64,000 nt of DNA from Callorhinchus milii (Eukaryota): NCBI RefSeq assembly GCF_018977255.1, contig NW_024704743.1, forward strand, positions 19,842,001 through 19,906,000. The letters are read 5' to 3'. Below are positions 24,601 to 36,600 of this stretch, piece by piece (position 1 is the first letter of the stretch; the number at the start of each line of letters is the position of its first letter). The notes beneath the pieces are model-generated. The model was not told the origin of the DNA, made no database searches, and saw only the letters and a program-made list of their open reading frames with translations. A program made the position numbers and the translations under genes.

Positions 24601-27600
24601 AGCACCCGTCTCACAAGCGAGAGGACCTGGGTTCAATTCCCAGGCTGGCGAAACAATTGTGCAAGTTTCCTTACTCCACATGCCTGTTTACCTAGCAGTA
24701 AGTAGCGACCCGGTTGTTAGTCAATTGGCAGATCGCTTTTCCAGAAGTAATAATCCCTTCAAATTTTTTTTAAAAAAAATAATAATTTGGTCACTCAATC
24801 CACGACTGTTTGTGGGATACTGCTGTGGGTTGCTGTGTTTCCACATAAAATATACAGTCAATTCACTTTACAGTTTATTCTGTGAAGCACTTTGAGACAT
24901 CTAAAAGATGTTATAAAGCGCTATAATAAATGCAAGGATGATTATTATTAGTAGTTTTATTATAAGTCGTGAAAGTCAAACATTATCCAATTGATCTTTT
25001 CTTTTAGTAAACTAAGACTCCAATGCCTATTTCTTGAAACGTTAATAATTCTTCTCCACAATAACTTACATTGCTGAACTTCATGCAGTTCTCTTTAGCA
25101 AGGCGGATTTCAGGAGTTTCAATTACAGCTATTACCTTGCCTTTAAGTGATTTTAAGTCTGCAGTGTACTGGATCTGAAACAGAAAAATGGAACTGGATT
25201 AATACGAGTGAAAAAAGAAACACAAACAATAAAATCATTCGAACTACATTTTTATGCATTTGATAGTTATGCAATGTTATTTGGATTAACTCATTGCCTA
25301 GCTGGAAATGTATCATGAGCCAAAATATAGCTTCTACATTTACTGTCAGTGATACATCAAGGTTTCCAAACATGTAATTCCTCATAATTCACCGATAAGC
25401 ACCCAAGCAAGCAGAAAATAATAAAATTGGCTGTTTATAAATTTTAACAGAAATGTTTGAAACCAAAGTAAGAAGGTCTGGAGAGGGCCTAATTATGGGC
25501 ACCATCATAGCTTGAAAGCTTTAAATATTCAAAAGTTGGCTGAATTTTCTTTCTGCGTCATCCCACCCCTTTCAACCTGTCTCACAGGACCTGGAGAGTG
25601 ACCTCGGAAGAGGTTGCTAAGTGGCTAGATACAATTTCAACAAATGAAGGAACTTGGCAGCAGATCAGGAACTTGGCAGCAGAAGAGGTTCAATAAGACT
25701 CAGTGATCACTGAGGAGAGGATTGGATACAATCACCACAAAACATCTCGACAAAGTGATAAGGCGCTGTATCAAATGCAAGGATTATTATAAGGAGAGCA
25801 ATCAGAAGGCAGAACCAAAGGCTGTTAAGATTCCCAAAACAGCTGTGCGCATTTGGTTGCCTTGTTTCGCCCACAAAATATACATTCGCTTCACTTTATT
25901 CTGTGAAGAGCTTTGCGACATCTCAACAATGTGATAAGGCACTCTATCAAATGCAAGTATTATTATTATTGCTGTGCATAAATTGCTTGCTGCATTCACC
26001 TACAAATACAATCACTACATTTAACAGTAATTTATTACTACAAAGCACTTTGAGTGATTTTGATATCATAAGGTGCTATATTAAATCCAAAGACTATTAT
26101 TTATTATTATTGTCTTACTACTGTTGTTAGCATGAAGGTAGCCTAATGCACTTCTAACATCGTCTCTGCAGATGAACATAAGAACATAAAAAATAGGAGC
26201 AGGAGTAGGCCATTTGGCCCCTCAAGCCTGCCCCGCCATTTAATAAAATCATGGTCGATCTTCTAACCTAATTCCATTTGGAGTCCTGTAGCTCAGTGGT
26301 TAGAGCACTCGCTTTGCAAGCGAGAGACCTGAGTTCAATTCCAGGCAGGGCGAAACCTTGGGCAAGTTTCCTTACTCCACATGCCTAATAATAATCCCTC
26401 CAAAAAAACAAAACAATAATAAATTGGTCATTTTCAATCTGCGACTGTTTGTGCGACATTGCTGTGCGCAATTGGCTGCCGCGTTCGCCCACAAATATAC
26501 AGTCAATTCACTTTACAGTGTGTTCTGTGAAGCGCTTTGGGACGTCCTCCCGACGTGAAAAGCGCTATATCAAATGCAAGGATTATTATTATTATATTAT
26601 TATTTACTCGTCTATCCCCATATCCCTTAATTCCTTTAGTTTTTTTTAAAAAACTATCGATCTCAGTCTTGAATATGTTCAATGACTGAGAATCCACAGC
26701 CTTCTGGGGTAGAGAATTCCATAAATTCACTACCCTCTGTGTGAAGAAATGTTTTATAAACTCAGTTCTAAAGGGCTGACCTTTAATCCTGAGACAATGA
26801 CCCCTAGTTTTAGATTCTCCAACCTGGGGAAACAGTCTCACACTATCTACCCTGTCAAGACACATAAGAATCTTATAGGTTTCAATAAGGTCACCTCTAA
26901 TTCTTTTATATTCTAGAGAATATAGGCCTAGTTTACTCAACCTGTCCTCGTAGGTCAACCCCATCTTCCCAGGAACTAACCTAGTAACTATGTTTCACCC
27001 CCTCTAAGGCGAGTATATTCTTTCTTAGATAAGGAGACCAAAACTGCACACAATATTCCAGATGCGAACCAGGACCACGTGGAGTTCAAGAAAACAAACT
27101 TTATCCAACAGAAACCATAAGAAGATTGCAGAATAGAAACAAACATTATTCTTAATTTACGAAGATTTACAAAGAATGTACAGCCTGGAAACAGGCCATT
27201 CAGCCCAACCAGTCCATGTTCATACTCCACGAGTCTCCAATCATTCACTTGCTCCCTCACATCCCCCTCTCCCTCATGTGACGGTCTAGCTTACTCTTGA
27301 ATGCATCAATACTATCTGATTCTACCACTGCCTCAGGCAGCGAGTTCTTTTCTGTAATTCTTAAAAAGAACAGATTTCTAGAGTAAGACTGAATTTAAGA
27401 TTTTTTCACAATATTGCACAAGCTTAAATTTTAAGATTAAAAGGTCTAATAGGCTAAAAGGTGGAAATCTGGGCCTTTGATATCTGACATGCAGTCAGTC
27501 AGAATAGTAATGGTTCTGGAGTCAAAGGCTAAACGCGGAAGATTAGAGCTTGGTCCAATCTGCATACATGTGGGAACTAAACCCATGTTTCGATCACATT

Positions 27601-30600
27601 TCATTGAAAGTCATGTTGTGGATGAATGTATAGAGCTAAAAAAGAAGAGCAGATCAGAAAATTAACTCTTACTTCTGCAGGCATTAATAAAAGAAACAAA
27701 TTATACATACCATACTGACATTTTTTTGGTTTTCCTTAACTCTCTCCATTTCTGGAGTATCTGCCAGTGTGGTAACAGTACTGAGCATTTTTTCTGCTTC
27801 ATCCTTGTATTTTTTCTGTGGGCAGCAAAATATATGTTTACAAGGTAAATCTTTGTAAGATAAATCCCCTGAAATGTTTTGACTTTAATTCTCAAGCAGA
27901 ACTCAATCTGATTATTGCCTATCTGACTGTAAATATCCTTTATGTGTGCAGCATGCATCAACTCTGGTGTATTGGTAACAGTTCCATATTTACTTTGACC
28001 CAAGTCAGAAACCTGCTTGTACATTGCCTAAGACAGAGAAAAAATGAAAATAAATACCGAGATTTTAGTTCTTTGTTGCCATAGGCATTCAGAAATCACA
28101 AAGGTTGGCTCATTACATTGAATTACATACTTGCATTTCTCAGTAACATACAAATATTAAAAGTAAGAAAACTAGTTATGTTAAGAATTGATAGAGAATT
28201 GTTGCAAATATTAAACCTATACTTAGCTTTGAGTTTTTGCTTAGAAATGGCATTAACCTATAATTTTGTTCATACTTGAGAACCTCATTAGAGCACAGTG
28301 AGGCACCAAACAATGGCTACTTCTGGGTCATCAGGTCACCATTGTGGGACACTGCTGTGCGCAATTGGCTGCCGTATTTCTCCCACAAAATATACAGTCA
28401 ATTCAGTTTACAGTATATTCCGTGAAGCTTTTTGAGACATCTAGGAGACGTCATAAGGCGCTACATCAAATGCAAGGAGCATTATTATTATTATTGGTGT
28501 CACTTCCTGGGCACTACGTGCAAGGATTGCTGTCAATGATGGTTCCTATGCATCTCACACATGCACAGAGCATCTGAGGTAACATCAGCAGTGCTTCCTG
28601 CACACAACGCAGAACGACAACAACAACAACCTGGATTTACATAGCGCCCTCCACACCGGACGGCGTCTCAGAGCACTTCACAGTAACGGATCCCGGGGCC
28701 GAGCCAGGGGAAGGGGGATGAAGGTGACCAAAGGCGCGGTCAAAAAGAAAGGTCTTCAGCAGGGACCTGAAAATAGGAAGAGAAGGAACAAGGCGAAGGG
28801 AGGGAGGAAGGGAATTCCAGAGCCTCGGGGCATAGTGGTTGAAGGCACGGCCGCCGAGGGTGGAGCGGAGGACTCGGGGGACAAGGAGGATGCCAGACCC
28901 AGAGGAACGAAGGCAGGAGGTGACTTCAGAAGCAACCTAAAGAACCACAAGTCAGCCATTTTTTTGAGAGTGGGAAACTTATGCCGTCAGCTATAATTTA
29001 GGCAGCGCTCTATTTCCCTTGTGTCATGTTTCATTAAAAGAAAATAATCTTAGGGTTAACTTTTTGTAAACAAACAAAAATTTTAGCGAAATTATTTTAT
29101 ATTTATCATAAGAATTTGCCATAATTAACACCTTAAGCACCAAAAAAAATCTGCAATAAGGCTATTTGCATTATCACAACAGTGAGCAGGTCAAAGGGTT
29201 AATATAAGTAAAACCACCGTGAAGACACAAATATCCCTTAATGTGCACTGACCTGACTGGCAACTTCTGATGCTTTCATGGCACGTTTAATATCAAGAAC
29301 ATCTGCACTTAGTTCCATTCCTTTGCCCTTAATTTGGGTTTCAAAATCCTTTTTGTACTCTCTCTGCAACAGTGAAATTAGTATCTAGAATTAATAATCT
29401 TTCACTATGAAACAAAAGGTGGCATTTGGATAGACATTATACCAGGCTTTGGAACTGGCCTGCTGAGTGAAGGGACTCTCCAAAGGGACCTTGGATTCTG
29501 CCTGGCAGAGGGAAGGGGCACAGAGACTTGTGGTATAAAAGCTGTAAACCGACCTTCTTCCCCTCACCCCCACCACCCCCTGTCCTCTTTTCCTCTGGCA
29601 CTATGCCTTCTCAATTGCGTAGAACAGCAGATGCATGAGGTCTAGCTTCAAGGCCAGATCGGTGCTATTGTACTTGATGCCTGAGAGAGCATGGAGGTGG
29701 TAACTGTTAGTGAGAGCAAGGCACAGAGCCACTCACTGCAAACCCAGGTGTCTGCATCCCTCCTGGTCTGTTAGAGGTAGCAAGTGTTGCTAATCCCGGC
29801 TAGGGATCCTGGAGGGTACTGAGGCTTTTCCCGTTTCGTACCTTGGGATGTCCTCCCAATGTGAAAGGTGCTATACAAATGTAATTTTGTATTATATTTC
29901 ATATTTAACAAATTCTGGTTGACCAATTCTGTCTCCATGTGTTGAGTATCCAGTTGGCTTGGACAGTCTGCCATCATCGTGTTATAATATGTTGAATTCA
30001 GGAATGTTTGAATCATTTTGGGATGGTGTACGCTCACCTCATTTAATATCTGGGATGCATTTCTGACTCGAACCCTGTCAGGTGTGTCTCCCGCCAGAGC
30101 CAGCCCTTTTCCTTTAATATTTTCTTCCCATTCTTTTCTATATTCTTTCTGAAAATAGAACGTTGTCACTTTAAGGCATGATTTAGCAATAATGTAAACA
30201 ATAATGTAAACAAGAAAAAGTTGAATTTTATTATAAGGTAGGGTTTGATGAATATTTGGCACACCAAGCCAACAAAAAATACATCTGTTTATTCCAATTT
30301 CAAATTCAGTTGTCATTTGTTTAGTTAGGTTTTGTCCATTCTTTCCAACAACAACAAGATTTCATTTATAGAGCGCCTTTCACGTCAGGAGGACGTCCCA
30401 AGGCGCTGTACAGTTGGGTCAGGACCCGAGCAGGGGGGAAATGGTCAGGGTGAGGGGAGGGAAGGGAGGGAGCGAGGAGGGGGTAGAGAGTCGAGACGGG
30501 AGCTGAAGGCACGGTCCAAGCCACTAGATGGAGCTTTGCTCAAGGTCAAAGGAGGCAAAAACCATCAATGCAGACCACAATATCTATCAAATAAAATTCC

Positions 30601-33600
30601 CATCTGCTGATATGCATGTGTATTAGACACAGAAAGATGGAACTTAATAAGCTGCCCTCACTTTTTATTGAGGAAGCCATGGTGGCAAAAATGCAATGAA
30701 AAGAACAAGCAACATTAATATACCACACAGAATGATTGCCGAAGTCCTTCATCAAGATAATAAGGATCATTGAGGGCAAGAGGGAGGATTTGAAGGTACG
30801 GACCAAAAGCATGGTCAAAGAAACAGGTTTTATGGATCAAAATATGTGTATATCACAAGTTTAACAACAACTACATCTATCAAATATATTTCTGTCTATT
30901 ATGGCAGAAACAAACAGTATCTATAAATGTTTGATTGCTTGACATCTTACACATTCATCTGTGCATCAGATATGCTTCCTCAGTTGCATTAACTAGAGGT
31001 GCCATTGTATATGAATAACAAGGGTGAGAGTTACCTCATTAAGAAGACTGGAGACATGTTTGGCATGTAAGTAGCTCGGGGTCATATCAAGATCCACCGA
31101 CATTCTTCCTTTGATTGCCTCATCATAATCTCTTCTGTATTCCTTCTGATGATTGGCACAATATGAAACGTGTCAATGTTTCCATGTGCAGTTTACATAT
31201 TTCATTCTCGTGACAAAAGATGTGACAATCGTTCACAAGCACAGTAAGTGAGGTATCTCTGGATGTTGTTTTGCATTGGACATCTGCTTTCATGTATACT
31301 GCGAAAACCTTCAAATTCCAAACATTTGTTTATTCAGCTCAATATAGAACGAACCATATTTGTCAGTGGACATGTAAATGAAAAACAGTCTGCCATTACT
31401 ATTTGGATCAGTTTCATAAGAGCATAAGAACATAACAAAAGCGAGACAAAAAAAAAGGCCAAGGTCCAACTAGTTCATCTTCCACCTGCCTGGCGGTCGC
31501 ATGCACTTATGTCCCAAACAACCTATGTACTCTATTCCATAATATTATTTCCTAAAATAAAATCTGCGTTTGAAGGAATCAGCATTTCCTGCTTGAATCG
31601 CAAAAATAGTAAACCGGTGGAAGCTTCAGGAATCATTATAGTATATTTAGTCTTAACTTTTGTCAGCAATGATTCTTGATCTAGGACAAAACTATTTTGT
31701 GAAATAACTAATTTTATAGTTGATTAGGTCTATTAACTGAGAAGAGAAGGTTGGGGGGCAATATGATTACAGTCTTTAATATTCTGAAGGGAATAGATAA
31801 TGTAGACCATGATAAGCTGTTTTATCTTGTACTGAACAGTAGAACCAGAGGACATGGCCTGCAAATAAAGGAGGGAAATTCGGAACAAATCTGCAGAAAC
31901 ACTACTTCAGTGAGCGAGTAGTAAACTTATGGAACAGGCTCCCAAGGGAGACAGTGGAAGCAGAAAATGTTGTTTGTTTGAAGAATAAATTACATAGATT
32001 TATGCTAGAAAATAATATCTTGGGAAACAGTGAATAGTTTGGGACTCAACATGTCAAGCGTCTACCAGGATGGTGAATGGTGAACCAGATGGACCTTGGT
32101 CCTCTTTCCCCTAGCAAACTCTCGTTTCCTTACTCTACACGCCTCTGTTTACCTAGCAGTAAGTAGGAACACGGTTGTTAGTCCATTGGCGGATCGCTTT
32201 TCCGGGGTTAATAATTGCTTAAAAAAAAAAAAAAAATTGGTCACTCAATCCATGACTGTTTGTGGGGCACTGCTGTGCGCAATTGATTGCCATGTTTCGC
32301 CCACAAAATATACAGTCAATTCACTTTACAGTACATTCTGCCTCATTGTCAGTGTAGTGTAAAAATGACATTCTGCATAAATAAGTGACAGTAATGGATA
32401 ATGTCCAAAATTTGAAAAAATCTGCACTTCTTCACCTCACTCTGCAGATTCTGTGCCTCTTTTGTTGCTAAATAATTTGGAGTCTCCATAACTTCCAGCA
32501 TTGATTTTCCTTTAGATTTTTCATACTCTTCCTTGTACTTGACCTGTCGTGTACAAAATGATTCAAGTTTCAAGACTCTGACAAAAGCCATGTTTAAAAA
32601 AANCAAAGCTTTTTTCTATTTAGTAGCATCTCGAGCTTACTGTACCTGACTTTGGAGTATTTTATTTTCCTTATGGTGCAATTGTTCTGAAGTATCCAAT
32701 GCCAGGTGATAATGACCTTTACTTTTTTCAAATTGTTTCTTGTATTCATACTAAAAGGAAATTTGTCAGACATTAGTATAGAATTTAGCTCCAAAGTAGA
32801 ATTCAATAACATTGTTCTGTTACTTCAGCTGCTTTGTCCTACTCCCTGGAACTCTACTGAAACCCCTCCACCCCACTCTCTCCTTCTGTGCTTTCATAAC
32901 CCTTCTAAAGAACTCTCTTTTTCAGCTCCTTCGTCTGCCTCCCCACCACACCACCCACCCTCACCGCCCCACATTTCCTTCATAGCTACAACTCTGTCTT
33001 TGTAAAGTGTTTCAAGACATTCTCCTATATGAAAGGTGTTATTTAAATGCATATTGTTGTTGTTGCTGCTGCTGTAGATGTGAGATGCCTGAAATTCTAA
33101 CTAGTTTTTTGCCTGCAAGATTAGTTTATCTTAAAACTTAAGATCACGTAGAATTGGGGAAAAATTCTTCAATTCAGTCGTAGTCAGGAAGACCGATCTC
33201 TAGGGTTCTTATGAAGACAAGTTTCCAATTTAAGACTGAACTGAAGAATTTTCCATAAATTTTAAGATGAATTGGTCTTACCAGATAAGACTGGATAGAA
33301 TTTGGGAACCTAAAAAAGGAAAGGATTGCGCTCTACTGTGACACTCCCACAATTGAATAACACCAACAGCAAGAACTCCCTCAAGCTATATAGTGAACAG
33401 TACAACTCAACATCAAACGTGTTAGAGTATTGCCACCGTTCTTCTGATACACTCTTACTGATCGAGTGTCAGATCCACTAGTTGGAGTTGTGAAGCTTTA
33501 GCAGCAGCTACTGCTTAGCGCTCATACCAATCAAGGTCAATGCTTGAAATCCTCCTTAAGGTAACCTGCCTGAAATATAAGACCAGCACGGTGCTTCTAT

Positions 33601-36600
33601 GTGGGAAGGGTCACCGAAGACAGTTTCAGAGCAGTATTGGCAATGGCCTAGGACTGGTGGTTCATCCACTTATACAAACAAATTGGAAAAGCAATGAAAT
33701 ACTTTGAAAGCCAAACAATCAACATCAAGAAAAGAGTAAAAGGCAAAATACTGCAGATGCTGGGAATCTGAAATAAAAACAAAAATCGCTGGGAACACTC
33801 AGCAGGTCAGGCAGCATCTATGGAGAGAGGAAAGTGAGTTGACTCAAACTCATTGACTTGAAACTTTTCTCTCTCCATAGATGCTGCCCAACCTGCTGAG
33901 TGCTCCCAGTTACTTCTGTTTTTATTTCAAGAAAAAAATACATTTCTAATGTTAAACCCTTTGTTCCACTACTTCAGAGCCGGCAAATCAATCTATATAT
34001 TTCACTAAAAAGGAAAACCCATGCATTTTTATAGTATATATTACATTTAAATATTTGAGAAAAAAAGTATAATTAACATCAAGTGCAATGACTGTTTTTG
34101 GAGGCAAATCCAGCAATCATTTACACCAGCAAAATCCAGCTAACAAGCAGCTAAATGAACAATTCATCGGAAGGATTGTTGACCAGAAACACGGAAACAT
34201 TCACCACAGAAAGAGGCCATTTGGCTCATCATGTCTGAGCCACTGATACCTCTGCATTTAAATAGGAGAACGTCGCCAGGACTTAGCACGCTGAGCAAGA
34301 TATCCGTTGAAGTTGAAAAAACAATGTCCTGGTTTTGTGGCTTTTTATTTTGCAAAGTGTTTAGTTTCTTCAATGGATCCACAGTCATGGAGTAGTTGAC
34401 CTTCACGTTTCTTTAGAGGTGTCAGCCTGATGTTTGAATCCTCTGTATTTTTAAGTCACCAATTTTGATTAATCCTACTTTCTAGCTCTTCCTTATATCC
34501 TTTCTTTTTTTTACTTCTCAAGTGCCTATCCAGTCCCTTTTTGAATGATTCTATTGACCCAGCCTCAATAACCACTTGTTGTAATAAATTCTACCCCTTC
34601 AAAACTTCACAGTGAAGAATTTCCTTTTAACCTCTCCCTCAGGTGAAAAGGTAACATTGGCAGAAACTGTCATTGGATCGTTAACCCTTTCCCAGAACAT
34701 TCCACAGCCCAATGTAAGGGCAGGAAATGAAAAAACTCACAACTCCCAAGCTTCTGCACACAACTGATAAGAGTCTGATTCAAACACACACTAAGCAATT
34801 AGTTTATTTCAAACTAGATATGATTTGTTTTCCAATTGGTTTCTGATGGCTTTAAAAACCTATTACTGAAATGAAGCATGCAATTTACAAATCACATCTT
34901 CCCACACTTCAGTTGTCAGCATCACCAAGTTCTTTCCCTTTGCAAGTTGCAAATAACTCATCAGCTTTCAGGAAAATCTTCCTCCAATGTGCATGTAAAT
35001 TAGTAGTGGATGGATTATTGTGTTATGCTAATGATAAACTTTGGCACAGATTTGTGCTCATCAAAATGAGCAATGTTACCCATTTTCAAGAATTTTGCTC
35101 TTACCCTTCAGTTTAATTTGCTTTGTACATTTTGCAGCCAGACTGCTGCACAATTATTTACAGCTTCAAAAAAATACAGTACAGCAAAGTTATGAAAAAC
35201 TCACAGCACTTTGCAGTTTGCTGGCTGTTAACGCATGCTCCAGATGCAACAAATTAGGCAAATGCGAGGCTGTGCGATTTATTCTTTGAAGATCAAGCTT
35301 ATATTTTACCTGAAAACATAAGAAAAGCTTGAGTATTAATAGAGATTTGGGTTCCGATTCCTTTTAACGTTTCTGTGAAAAATACATGCAGAAACACAGC
35401 ACCATATTTAAGAATGTCCTAACCAGGCAGAGGTCCACATACACATGGAAATGTCAGTGTTTCTAGAATGGAATGCGCACTATTCCCCTGGAGGGAAGCA
35501 TCCTGCTTACTTAATTCCACAGAGTATTAGGCACAGAATGGCAAGAGCCAAGGTTTGGGGTACTACTAGCATCTAACCAACTGAAACCAAATAGCTTGCC
35601 ATTGAGAGCACTTTCTGACAAGCTTTCCTGCTTTTTGTCGATTTTGAGAACAACCATCCCATTAGAGCCTGCATGGTTAACAACAGCCAAATAGGAAGAA
35701 TTACAGCCCTCAGTGACCAGTGTCCCATTCCTTGTCTTATTGACAAGAGGGCAGGCTTGTCTGTCATTAGCAGTGACCTGGAGTATTTCATACCCATCTG
35801 GCTCAATTTCCTTTTGTGAGAAAATTGCGCAATTTCAGTCACAAACTAGAATGATGCATTTTAGATCCCATTAAGGAATTCTCTCAAGCAATATAAAGCG
35901 CAAACGTTATGCCAAATTCCTGAGCTACAGAAGGGAAGAGAACGAAATTGATTGCTATAAAGGGTGCTCACATTGCTGGCAAGAGCATTTGCTGTTTGCA
36001 ATTGTCTGAAAGAGGCACTTTCCTGAGGATTGTAGTGATGTCTTTTTCCTTCTTTGATATATTTGTCTTTGTAGTTAATCTGGAACAGAACAAAATTTCA
36101 AATGTTAGATTTCACCTTCAAAATACACGGTGGTAGCACTTTACAGTAAATTCTGTGAAGTATTTGAGGGGTCCTCCCAATGTGAAAGGAGCTATAACAA
36201 ATGTAACAATTGTTATTACTGTTAAATTAAACTTAAAGAATTAAAGATTCCAACAGCATTTCGGATAACATTTATCGTTACAGCAATTGAAGTGAAATAC
36301 TCTTGCTGCACCCAGTATATCTTTACACTGAACTCCACCTCATTCTCAGCAGTTTACCAAAAGCAAAGCATTTCTCAGGAGTCATCATGTCTACTTACTC
36401 TAAGATGGCAAAACTATAGAGTTAAACATGTACTTCTTTCCCCCAAACCCCGGAAGATTCATATTCTCCTGATCTCTATTGAGATTCTCTATGGAGTCCT
36501 GTAGCATTGTGGTTACAGCACTCGTAAGTGAGAGGACCTAGGTTCGATTTCCAGGCCAGATGAAACCTTAGGCAGGTTTCCTTACTTCACACGTCTCTGT

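Noticed and set aside
27701..28024. 107-aa ORF reading through exon 15, the intron and exon 16
   Set aside because: The intron is 107 nt, so exon 16 is read out of frame; not a plausible product
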